64,000 bases of DNA, taken from Bacteroidales bacterium. GTDB taxonomy: Bacteria > Bacteroidota > Bacteroidia > Bacteroidales > UBA10428. The stretch spans positions 54-64,053 of the forward strand of contig JAFGKY010000021.1 of the NCBI GenBank assembly GCA_016928305.1, in the 5' to 3' direction. Of this stretch, positions 45,599-54,589 are shown one piece after another. Under the pieces are notes generated by a model that saw nothing but the letters and a program-made list of their open reading frames with translations, had not been told where the DNA came from and did no database searches. The translations under genes and the position numbers were made by a program. Numbering within the stretch: position 1 is the stretch's first letter; each line of letters begins with the position of its first letter.

Positions 45599-48500
45599 TC
45601 AGGCACAGTTTACCAGGGATGAATCCTTCAGGTTGTTAATTGCAAGGTGCAGCCGGTTGGTGATATTTACATCACTGACACCGCTGTCAAAGTCGAGTGA
45701 TAACAAGTTCATCTGAGGATAAAGTTGTTTTATCCTGTTTTCAATGCCTTTGGAAATCACATGGTTGGCAATGCAACCGAAGGGCTGCAGGCTTAAAACA
45801 TTGTTGATCCCCTGTTTGGCGAAAGACACGATTTCCGCAGGGAGCAACCAGCCTTCTCCGAATTGCGCTGCAAGTGAAACGATTTCTTTACCGTTTTCCG
45901 ATTCTTCAAAAATGTCCGTAATGGGTATAAAATATCGAAATACGGATGCTGCCTTGTTGGCCGTTTGAATACGGTGTGAGATGAACTGAAATATTTTTTT
46001 CATCACAAAACCGGGCATGCGTGATTTCATAAGGTGTTCTTGCAGCATCACTTTCCGGTTCACAAAGCTCTGCATGAAAAAGTTTGTCAGGGTAGGGGGA
46101 GCGACCTCTATACCTTGCTGAATCAGCCATCGTACTACTTCTTTGTTGGAAAATGAATTGAATTTAAGATAGATCTCACCGACAATGCCCACCTTGTGAA
46201 ATCTCCCGGTGTCGGTAATAATGGTATTGTACTCATTGGCAGCTGATACCAGTAGTTCTGTAATCCCTTTCACATCATTCTTACGAATAAGCATGTCGGC
46301 CATGGCAATGTATTTCTGCTGTATGCGCAAGGCATCGCCTTCCCGTTTTTCACGGATGACGGATGCATGAAAAAACTTTGACAGGCAGTCGCCGAAGAGA
46401 ATAGTGGCGATGGCTATGGGCATAATCTTCAACCAGTTTATTTTAAATCCCGATTGATTATCATCCGGATTATCGCCAAAGGAAAGAGAAACCACCGGTA
46501 CTTGCGCAAAACCAGCTTCAACCATTGCATTCTTTATTAACGTCAGGTAATTGGTCGCCCTGCATTGGCCTCCCGTTTGAGTTATGGAAACAGCGGTTTG
46601 GTTTAAATCGTATTTTCCCGATTGCAGGGCTTTGATCAGATCGCCTGCCACCAGGGTAGCCGGATAACATACCTCATTGTTGGCAAATTTAAGTCCGGTC
46701 TCTGCAGACAATAGATTGCTTTTTGGAAGGACTTCCATGTCGTAGCCAGCCAGTTTAAACACAGCCGGCAGAAAAGGCGACAGGTAATCCGTAAAATAAG
46801 GAGCAAGGATCTTGACGTGCTTGTCATCGGCATTATAACTTTTTGTTGTGATAAAAGGTTTTACCTTTTTGATCAGCAGATGATTGTATTTAAGGCTCTC
46901 AATAAGAGAACGGACACGCAGCTTTAATGAACCGATGTTGCTGATATCATCAATCTTAAGCAATGTAAGCGACTTATGATGCCGCTTCAATATGCTTCTT
47001 ACTTCATCCAGCAGGAAAGCATCCGGACCGCATCCAAAGGATGTCATCTGGACGAAATGCACATGCTTACCCTGACGGGCAACCCATTTGGCCGCTTTCA
47101 GTATCCGGTTGATATATGACCACTGACGAACAATATGTGTGTCTTTAATCGTCGTATGTTCATCATTACGTACAATATCTTCGGTGATAACCGATACGCC
47201 GGATTGATGAATCATTTCTGACAATTTGTGCTGAATCAGCGGATCGGTATGGTAAGGCCTGCCGGCAAGCAGTATGGTCAGCTTATTCTCGTCGCAACTC
47301 TTTTCATAAATCTGTCTGTTTCTTTCGTACATCTCATTTTCAAATTGGGACTGGATGTTCAGCGCCTTTGTGAAGGCATGCCGGATAACGCTATCGTGTA
47401 TGCCTAACGATCTCAGATATTTTATGCAGGCCTTCTTCAACAGTGATTTGTCCCTGAATCCAATGACAGGTGAATCCACCGGTATGCCGTATTTACCGGC
47501 AGGATCGATTGCGCTTTTTATAACATCGGAATACCCTGAAACGATCGGACAGTTATAGCTGTTGGAAGCGTTGGTGTCTTCCATTTTTTCATAAACGACA
47601 TAGGGGAAGAAGATGCGATCGATGCCCTGATGGATAAGGTCATAGATGTGCCCGTGCATGAGTTTGGCGGGAAAGCAAATGTTGTCCGACATGATGGAAT
47701 GCACACCGGCTTCATACTGTTTTAAGGTTGAAGGAGCGGACAACCGGACAGCAAATCCGCATTCGGTGAACAAGGTGTGCCAGAACGGATAATTCTCATA
47801 CATGTTCAGCGCTCTGGGAATGCCGATTACCGGATGATCGTGTCCGGGTAATGATGCCCGGTCAAAAAGCTTCCTGTATTTCTCCTGGTGAATGTTTTCT
47901 CCTTGAACCCTGAAGGAACCGTTATTGGAGAAAATCCTTTCGCATTTGTTTCCCGAATAATAGGTATTGCCATTGTTAAAAACATATTTGTTGATCAGGC
48001 ACAGATTCTCGCATCCGTTGCATTGTAATGATTTTGTTGAGTATTCCGATGCCTGCAGCAAATGATCGAGGGGTACGGCTGTTTCATCACTGCATGTTGA
48101 TTTTGCATACAACGCACATCCATAGGCTCCCATCAGTTCGGGGAACTCGGTGCATGAAACAGATGCCCCGGATAATTTCTCAAATGCCCGTACAATGGAG
48201 CTATTACGCATGGTGCCTCCCTGGACAACAATGTTTTTACCCAGTTCGTCAATGTTTTTAAGCTTCAGTACCTTGAAGAGGCAGTTCTTTACGACAGAAT
48301 AAGAGAGTCCTGCTGCAATATCGGACACGGAGGCTCCTTCTCTCAAAAACTGTTTTACTTTGGAGTTCATGAAAACCGTGCAGCGTGTTCCCAGATCACA
48401 GGGTGACTTAGCCAGACAGGCTTCTTCCGCAAAATAATTCACGGGGAAATTCAACGATCCGGCAAACGATTCAATAAAAGAACCACATCCGGATGAACAG

Positions 48501-49849
48501 GCTTCATTGATCTCCATCCGGTACAAAGCTCCATTTTCAATAAACATGGCTTTCATATCTTGTCCGCCTATGTCAAGAATAAACGAAACATCGGGCTCTA
48601 TTTTTTTTGCTGCCACATAATGCGCGATGGTTTCAATGATACCTGTATTCAGATTAAAAGCCGCCCTGATGAGATCTTCTCCATATCCGGCGGAGCAACT
48701 GCCTTGTATCAACAGGTTAATACCTTTCTGTTTGCAGGCGCCGGCAAGTTCTAATAAACCTTTCTGAGTGGCCAGAACAGGATTTCCCTGATTGGAATCA
48801 TAATATGAGAAAAGAATTCGCTCCTGGCTGTCGGTCACTACTATTTTTGTCGTGGTGGAACCTGAATCGATCCCCAGGTAGGCGATGCCCTGGTGATGCT
48901 CCAGCGGAGCTGTTAATACACGGGTTGTTAACTTGGAAAGTTTCCACTGTTCCATCTCTTGCCGGTTGTTGAAAACAGATTCCAGCCGGTGTGTCTGCAA
49001 CAGATCTCCCTGTATCCTTTTGTCGTTTAGCCGGGTGATCAAATCGGAGATGGTTTGTGAACCGGTGGTATTCTTATTCAGGAGAGCTGCCCCCCATGCA
49101 GAAAGAAGCGTGGCATTTGCCGGTGCCACATAATCTTCCTGTTTCAACTTCAGCAGCCGCACAAAAGCCTCCCGTAATGCGGGAATAAAGGTTAGTGGAC
49201 CACCCGAGAACAAAATACCGGATTTCATTTCATGCCCGCGTGAGAGCGTTGTAATTACCTGCAGCGCGATCGCATGGAAAATGGAGGCTGCAATATCTGC
49301 TTTGCATACGTTACGGCTGATCAGATTCTGTACATCTGTCTTGGCGAATACTCCGCATCTGGAGGCTATCGGATGGATATGTTCAGATTGAAGGGCAAGA
49401 TCATTCATCTGTGCAATATCGCATCCCAGTAAAATAGCCATCTGGTCAATAAATGCGCCGGTACCGCCGGCACAGTTGCCGTTCATGCGCATATCCGGCA
49501 GATTACCGGGTCTCAGAAATACCATCTTGGCATCTTCTCCTCCTATATCAATAAGTGTAGAGGTAGCAGGATAGTACTTTTGAATTAAATGAGTTGCGGC
49601 AACCACCTCCTGTTCAAACGGAATCGAGAACCGCTCGGCCATTCCCATTCCGGCTGAACCGGTCATGGTTAACACTATCCTGCAATCTCCTGTAACTTCA
49701 ATGATCTCCTTGAGCAATATCAGTGTTGTCCCCAGTATATCGGCATGATGACGCTTATAGGATGAAAATACAATATTTCCATGGCTGCCAACAACGACAA
49801 CTTTAGCTGTAGTTGATCCAATATCCAATCCGGCACGAACGATTTTCAT
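45599..49849 (-). CDS. Acyl-CoA dehydratase activase-related fusion protein (two BcrAD/BadFG ATPase domains plus a large DUF2229/HgdB-like C-terminal region)
   Basis: 1416 aa. Domain 1: GLDIGSTTAKVVVV, IDIGGEDAK, NGNCAGGTGAFID, IASRCGVFAKTD. Domain 2: LGIDSGSTTTKIVV, LDIGGQDMK, NEACSSGCGSFIE, LGTRCTVFMNSK. The remaining about 800 aa resemble the uncharacterised CoA-activase-associated region, recalled from family architecture and not searched. Confidence 0.8.
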   Translation of the reverse strand: MKIVRAGLDIGSTTAKVVVVGSHGNIVFSSYKRHHADILGTTLILLKEIIEVTGDCRIVLTMTGSAGMGMAERFSIPFEQEVVAATHLIQKYYPATSTLIDIGGEDAKMVFLRPGNLPDMRMNGNCAGGTGAFIDQMAILLGCDIAQMNDLALQSEHIHPIASRCGVFAKTDVQNLISRNVCKADIAASIFHAIALQVITTLSRGHEMKSGILFSGGPLTFIPALREAFVRLLKLKQEDYVAPANATLLSAWGAALLNKNTTGSQTISDLITRLNDKRIQGDLLQTHRLESVFNNRQEMEQWKLSKLTTRVLTAPLEHHQGIAYLGIDSGSTTTKIVVTDSQERILFSYYDSNQGNPVLATQKGLLELAGACKQKGINLLIQGSCSAGYGEDLIRAAFNLNTGIIETIAHYVAAKKIEPDVSFILDIGGQDMKAMFIENGALYRMEINEACSSGCGSFIESFAGSLNFPVNYFAEEACLAKSPCDLGTRCTVFMNSKVKQFLREGASVSDIAAGLSYSVVKNCLFKVLKLKNIDELGKNIVVQGGTMRNSSIVRAFEKLSGASVSCTEFPELMGAYGCALYAKSTCSDETAVPLDHLLQASEYSTKSLQCNGCENLCLINKYVFNNGNTYYSGNKCERIFSNNGSFRVQGENIHQEKYRKLFDRASLPGHDHPVIGIPRALNMYENYPFWHTLFTECGFAVRLSAPSTLKQYEAGVHSIMSDNICFPAKLMHGHIYDLIHQGIDRIFFPYVVYEKMEDTNASNSYNCPIVSGYSDVIKSAIDPAGKYGIPVDSPVIGFRDKSLLKKACIKYLRSLGIHDSVIRHAFTKALNIQSQFENEMYERNRQIYEKSCDENKLTILLAGRPYHTDPLIQHKLSEMIHQSGVSVITEDIVRNDEHTTIKDTHIVRQWSYINRILKAAKWVARQGKHVHFVQMTSFGCGPDAFLLDEVRSILKRHHKSLTLLKIDDISNIGSLKLRVRSLIESLKYNHLLIKKVKPFITTKSYNADDKHVKILAPYFTDYLSPFLPAVFKLAGYDMEVLPKSNLLSAETGLKFANNEVCYPATLVAGDLIKALQSGKYDLNQTAVSITQTGGQCRATNYLTLIKNAMVEAGFAQVPVVSLSFGDNPDDNQSGFKINWLKIMPIAIATILFGDCLSKFFHASVIREKREGDALRIQQKYIAMADMLIRKNDVKGITELLVSAANEYNTIITDTGRFHKVGIVGEIYLKFNSFSNKEVVRWLIQQGIEVAPPTLTNFFMQSFVNRKVMLQEHLMKSRMPGFVMKKIFQFISHRIQTANKAASVFRYFIPITDIFEESENGKEIVSLAAQFGEGWLLPAEIVSFAKQGINNVLSLQPFGCIANHVISKGIENRIKQLYPQMNLLSLDFDSGVSDVNITNRLHLAINNLKDSSLVNCA

Positions 49850-49964
49850 TCCTGATACCTTTGTTACTATGACCTGACTTATCTGTAATAACCTCGACTA
49901 AGGTACGATTTTTTTTAAAGACAGACGAAAAAATGGGACAGCAGGAATTAAGCAGCTGGGGGTA

Positions 49965-50005
49965 AATGGTTAATGGTTAATTGTTATGGTTAGTGGTTAA
50001 TGATT
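49965..50005 (+). repeat. Tandem heptamer array AATGGTT-like x6
   Basis: aatggtt aatggtt aattgtt atggtt agtggtt aatgatt, in the divergent intergenic region. Confidence 0.85.
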
Positions 50006-50038
50006 GTGGCATACAGCAACATTTCTCCTCTGTTTCAT

Positions 50039-50046
50039 TATCTTTG
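50039..50046 (+). promoter_or_regulatory. Candidate -7 box TATCTTTG
   Basis: Matches TAnnTTTG, 20 nt upstream of the ATG at 50066. This supports the shorter start for the downstream gene. Confidence 0.45.
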
Positions 50047-50065
50047 CCACCCAAAACAGTATTTC

Positions 50066-51202
50066 ATGAATTTCATCCGTATGCTTTTCATTCTTGTAAT
50101 TTTCATTGTCATTAATGTTTATCTTTTCATCAGGGGATGGCAGGCTTTGCCCGGCAAGACTGCTGTGCACATAATCTATACAGCATTTTACCTGCTGGCT
50201 GCTTTTGGAGTGTTTATCGGCGTTCTTCTTGGCAGCAGACTGCCGGATTGGCTTTCCTATATATGCGAACTGACAGGCGGATACTGGATTATTCTTTTTA
50301 TTTTCTTTTTGTCGGCTGCCTTACTGGGTGATATGTTAAGAATAGCGGATCATTTTTTTCACATCTTTCCCGACTGGATCACAACAAATTATGAGCATGC
50401 AAAGCATGGATATTTAATTACGGTTTTTATTTTGCTGGGAATGATGTCGGTAATCGGATATATAAGGTTCTCAAATCCCGGGATAACCAAGCTGGAACTT
50501 ACTCTCGAGAACAGTAAGGGTGAAAGTGAAACGGAAGAAATAATCCTTGTGGCAGCCAGTGATATTCACCTGGGGAACCTTATCCGAAAAGACAGACTGG
50601 ATGACTGGGTTGATCTGATCAATAGCCAGCAACCGGATATTATCTTATTGGCAGGAGATATTTTTGATCATAATATGCATGCCGTGGAATCACAACAAAT
50701 GGATAAGGTGTTAACAAGGCTCAATGCCAGGTATGGAGTATATGCCATACCGGGCAATCATGATTTTTATGCGGGGATTGACAGGGCTGTGGAATACATG
50801 AAGAAGTCATGCATGCATGTATTGCGCGATCAGGCGGTGACTATTGATAACCGCTTTGTTATCATTGGTCGGGATGACCTTACCAACAGGCAACGGAAAC
50901 CGCTGGATTCACTTGTGGCAGGCTTAAATTCAGGCCTTCCCAGGATTGTGCTCGATCATCAGCCCGTGAGCCTTATGGAATCTTGTGAAAATAATATCGA
51001 TCTGCATCTATCCGGGCATACACATAACGGTCAGACATTCCCATACAATTATTTTATTTCCTGGATGTATGATCTGTCATACGGATACAGGAAAATGGGG
51101 GAAACGCATTTTTACGTTACATCTGGATTGGGGCTTTGGGGTGCACCCCTGCGGATCGGCACGCGATCGGAGATCGTAAGGATACGCCTGAGCATTAATT
51201 AA
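50066..51202 (+). CDS. Membrane-anchored metallophosphoesterase (calcineurin-like, YkuE-type)
   Basis: Start at MNFIRMLFILVIF. 4-5 N-terminal TMs, then phosphoesterase motifs: ASDIHLG, LAGDIFD, GNHD, SGHTHNGQ. Confidence 0.85.
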   Translation: MNFIRMLFILVIFIVINVYLFIRGWQALPGKTAVHIIYTAFYLLAAFGVFIGVLLGSRLPDWLSYICELTGGYWIILFIFFLSAALLGDMLRIADHFFHIFPDWITTNYEHAKHGYLITVFILLGMMSVIGYIRFSNPGITKLELTLENSKGESETEEIILVAASDIHLGNLIRKDRLDDWVDLINSQQPDIILLAGDIFDHNMHAVESQQMDKVLTRLNARYGVYAIPGNHDFYAGIDRAVEYMKKSCMHVLRDQAVTIDNRFVIIGRDDLTNRQRKPLDSLVAGLNSGLPRIVLDHQPVSLMESCENNIDLHLSGHTHNGQTFPYNYFISWMYDLSYGYRKMGETHFYVTSGLGLWGAPLRIGTRSEIVRIRLSIN

Positions 51203-51313
51203 GAACAGGCTTTCAGGGATTCGGAGGACAGCAATGAAAGAACAGGATCAATTACTGTGCTCATTATGAATGATTTCCGGATGGATTATGCAGGAGATGG
51301 ATAGCAGGACTTT

Positions 51314-51994
51314 TTATTCAAGATACCTGCCAAGCAGCTGGCACATTTGATCGCGTGTGAGTTCCTTATAATTGGCAGGAATGGTAAAACGAATGTCATT
51401 TTTATATTCCGGAAAGAATTTATCCGCTTTGAAGTGCAGCCTGAAATAATACATATTCAGCTCAAATTCCATCAGTACTCCTTCAATCTTTTTGTATGGA
51501 TTGGTAGAGTTAAGATTACGAACGCTGATTTCGTTGGTATAGTAAACAGAATAAGTATAGTCAGAGTCCGGAAATGAAATATTGGCTTTCCGGCATGTAA
51601 ATCCGAGTATTTCCTTTGTTTCATCGGTACGTTCTACAATCATATTGTCCATCGGATCGAAACAGCATATGGGTTCTCCTCTTTTGCCCATAAAAAGAAA
51701 TGAATATTTAGGTATTTTTAATAAGGTAGAGCATTTCCTCGTTCTGAAATGCGTCACACTGTTTAATTTATACATACCCATGAAGCCTTCCATTATATTA
51801 ATGGCAGAGTCCTGATTAAATACAAGTTTCATACGGTGAGGAAGCAGATCAACCAGCTTCCGGTGAGTTGAATCTGTATCATAGGTAATCCGGTATTCGA
51901 TCCTTCCGTGATTAATCTTCGAATCCTTTTCTTTTCTGGTGCATCCTGTTATTACCAGCAAACACAATACGTACCCCGTTATTCTTATTCCCAT
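51314..51994 (-). CDS. Hypothetical lipoprotein
   Basis: 226 aa with lipobox VITGC. The weak GLPGLI-family-like stretch (VYYTNEISV...IEGVLMEFEL) is only a resemblance. Confidence 0.45.
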   Translation of the reverse strand: MGIRITGYVLCLLVITGCTRKEKDSKINHGRIEYRITYDTDSTHRKLVDLLPHRMKLVFNQDSAINIMEGFMGMYKLNSVTHFRTRKCSTLLKIPKYSFLFMGKRGEPICCFDPMDNMIVERTDETKEILGFTCRKANISFPDSDYTYSVYYTNEISVRNLNSTNPYKKIEGVLMEFELNMYYFRLHFKADKFFPEYKNDIRFTIPANYKELTRDQMCQLLGRYLE

Positions 51995-52223
51995 TATTCT
52001 TATTTAGACAAATTTCAGCATCGACAGCATTCCGATATTTACGTAATATATGTACATGGGTTTGTTATTTATGTCCAATGGATTGGTTTATGAATTTAAT
52101 AAAAAAAAATCAGGGATGAACGTTTTTTCTTGTTTAAAGTAAAACTGCTTTTTTAACAGACCGGCATGATACATATTGTATTATTGACTTAAGTTGCTAC
52201 TTATAAAGATTATAATATAGATA

Positions 52224-52265
52224 GATTTAAGATTTAAGATTGTTGATTAACGATTTAAGATTGAG
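52224..52265 (+). repeat. Tandem heptamer array GATTNNN x6 (gatttaa gatttaa gattgtt gattaac gatttaa gattgag)
   Basis: Read directly, within the 626-nt AT-rich gap upstream of the OTC gene. Confidence 0.85.
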
Positions 52266-52543
52266 TCTACTCCAAAAAGTTTAAAATTCGCGGATGACTG
52301 ATAATCGTCCGTGATACCTTACGCAGTAAACTCAAGATTTATGAAGTGAAATGCATAAACAATATAATCATTGCTGTACAAGCTTAGACATAACCTTCTT
52401 AAATCGTTTTTAGAATATATATATATATATGGCAACTTGAATTAATTATAGAATAAAGGGAATATTTCCTGCCGGATCACAAATGTATGAATGAATAAAT
52501 ATACAGATTGATAAAAATCATGTAGTGCACTTGAAACTTTATA

Positions 52544-52551
52544 TATATTTG
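52544..52551 (+). promoter_or_regulatory. Candidate -7 box TATATTTG
   Basis: Matches TAnnTTTG, 70 nt upstream of the ATG at 52621. Confidence 0.4.
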
Positions 52552-52620
52552 TATCAAAATACAATTGACGGTTAGTGATCTTATAAGAGTTCTATTTTTA
52601 TTTAATCATAATTTATAATT

Positions 52621-53628
52621 ATGCAAATGGATTATAGTATTAAGAATCGCAGCTTTTTAAAATTACTTGATTTTTCTCCGGAAGAAATTAAGCACCTGTT
52701 GGATCTCTCATTTGAGCTAAAGAAGGCAAAATACGATGGTACCGAACAACAACTGCTCAGGGGAAAGAATATTGCACTGATTTTTGAAAAAACATCAACC
52801 CGTACTCGTTGTGCATTTGAAGTTGCCGCCTTTGATCAGGGTGCCAATATTACATACCTTGATCCGGTGAGTTCACAGATAGGACATAAAGAATCGGTTA
52901 AAGACACAGCCCGTGTTCTGGGCAGGATGTTTGACGGGATTGAATACCGGGGTTATGGTCAGGATATCGTTGAGACACTTGCAGCCTATTCTGGTGTCCC
53001 GGTTTGGAATGGTCTCACGAACGAATTTCATCCCACCCAGGTATTAGCCGATCTGATGACCATATCAGAACATTCGGATAAGCCACTTGATCAGATAAAA
53101 TTCTGTTACCTGGGAGATGCCCGTAATAACATGGGAAATTCACTGATGGTTGGTGCTGCAAAAATGGGAATTGATTTCCGTGCAGCTGCTCCGCCTCCCT
53201 GTCAGCCAGAAAAAAATCTGGTGGATGCATGCAGGGCGATTGCGGCGTCTTCGGGTGCAACTATTCTGCTCACTGAAAATGTTGGCGAGGCAGTCAGGGA
53301 CGTTGATTTCCTGTATACCGATGTCTGGGTGTCCATGGGTGAACCGGCATCGGTATGGGATGAACGTATCAGACTATTGAAACCCTACCAGGTTAATAGC
53401 CATGTTATAGAGTTGACCGGCAATCCAGGAGTAAAATTTCTTCATTGCCTGCCGGCATTTCATAATCGTGAAACCAAAATGGGAGAGGATATTTATAAAA
53501 AATTTGGACTTGAGTCCATGGAAGTAACCGAAGAAGTGTTTGAATCTTCTGCTTCCATTGTATTTGATCAGGCCGAAAACAGAGTGCATACTGTAAAAGC
53601 TGTTATGGTGGCCACCCTGGGAGCCTGA
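52621..53628 (+). CDS. argF: Ornithine carbamoyltransferase (canonical ArgF/ArgI/ArcB type)
   Basis: 335 aa. [13 protein letters not shown] (STRTR carbamoyl-phosphate site), [21 protein letters not shown] (DxxxSMG ornithine site), FLHCLPAFH (HCLP). It is collinear over its full length with enterobacterial OTC as I recall that sequence. Confidence 0.92.
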   Translation: MQMDYSIKNRSFLKLLDFSPEEIKHLLDLSFELKKAKYDGTEQQLLRGKNIALIFEKTSTRTRCAFEVAAFDQGANITYLDPVSSQIGHKESVKDTARVLGRMFDGIEYRGYGQDIVETLAAYSGVPVWNGLTNEFHPTQVLADLMTISEHSDKPLDQIKFCYLGDARNNMGNSLMVGAAKMGIDFRAAAPPPCQPEKNLVDACRAIAASSGATILLTENVGEAVRDVDFLYTDVWVSMGEPASVWDERIRLLKPYQVNSHVIELTGNPGVKFLHCLPAFHNRETKMGEDIYKKFGLESMEVTEEVFESSASIVFDQAENRVHTVKAVMVATLGA

Positions 53629-53784
53629 AACGATTTCATAATCAGGGATTTTTTTACAGCCTGCAATAGCTCTGGTGGTTACCTGTTGATTATTCTTTTT
53701 CAGGATTAAACTATTTACTAACTTGCACTTTCTTCGCGGGTAAGAAAGAGGTGGGTTAGTATATGGATTGTTTTTTTTATTCGT

Positions 53785-53861
53785 GAGACTCAGATTTCAG
53801 GAGCTGAGCGAACTGAAATCTGTAAGTCGAACAATCCCGATCCCGATTACTCGGGAGAGGG
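53785..53861 (+). repeat. Modular two-hairpin element, copy B
   Basis: gagactcag, then hairpin atttcag..ctgaaat, then ctgtaagtcgaac, then aatcccgatcccgattactcgggag. It has the same linker order as copy A (7858-7932, minus strand). Confidence 0.55.
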
Positions 53862-53970
53862 TTTAATAATCCGCCTATTGGGGAGAAATTTGGGTCCAGG
53901 GCTTGTCCTGGGGTACATGCCCGTGATTTGTATAGTTCATTTCATTTACAATGTAAAATTTATGCCGACT

Positions 53971-54588
53971 ATGCAAAACAAACTGCAGGAGTTAACAGAA
54001 AAGATATACAGGGAAGGTGTATCACGAGGTAATGCCGAGGCGGAAGCAATTATTGACAAAGCAAAAAAAGAAGCCGAGGCCGTCCTGAAAGAAGCTATGA
54101 AAGAATCCGGATCCATTCTGGCTGAAGCCCGGAAAAAAGCGGAAGAGATCAGGAAAAACGGGGAATCGGAATTAAAACTTTCCGCACGGCAATCCATCAA
54201 CGCACTGAAACAGAAAATCGTTGACCTGATTGACAGTGAAGCTGTCAATGCTGCAGTTAAAGATGCTTTCCGGGATAAGGATTTTTTAAAAAGAATGCTG
54301 GAAACTGCACTGAAGAACTGGATATCATCCTCTGATAAACCGACTGAACTGACACTGATCTTATCGGAAAAAGAAGCTGCCGATGTTGAACAATATTTTA
54401 TCCGGTCGGCTAAAGAACTGCTTGATAAAGGACTTGAGATCAAATCCAGCCCTGAATTGAAAGCTGGTTTTCAAATAGTTCCGAAGGATGGCAGTTATAA
54501 GATGAGTTTCTCCGATAGCGATTTTGAGAGTTTTTTAAAACAATTCATACGTCCGCGCCTGATGAAACTATTTTATACCGGGGAATGA
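53971..54588 (+). CDS. V-type ATP synthase subunit E
   Basis: Start at MQNKLQELTEKIYREGVSRGNAEAEAIIDKAKKEAEAVLKEA, a long charged coiled-coil typical of subunit E. An ATG at 53962 is an alternative start. It is the first gene of the V-ATPase operon. Confidence 0.8.
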   Translation: MQNKLQELTEKIYREGVSRGNAEAEAIIDKAKKEAEAVLKEAMKESGSILAEARKKAEEIRKNGESELKLSARQSINALKQKIVDLIDSEAVNAAVKDAFRDKDFLKRMLETALKNWISSSDKPTELTLILSEKEAADVEQYFIRSAKELLDKGLEIKSSPELKAGFQIVPKDGSYKMSFSDSDFESFLKQFIRPRLMKLFYTGE

Positions 54589-54589
54589 C

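Noticed and set aside
50000-50065. The longer start (50000) for the metallophosphoesterase. I also considered the longer starts at 37341 (cysN), 55416 (V-ATPase A), 53878 (V-ATPase E), 36854 (four-helix bundle) and 63299 (RRM).
   Set aside because: The extensions run through heptamer arrays, promoter boxes or the upstream gene. Family-typical N-termini begin at the internal Met in each case.
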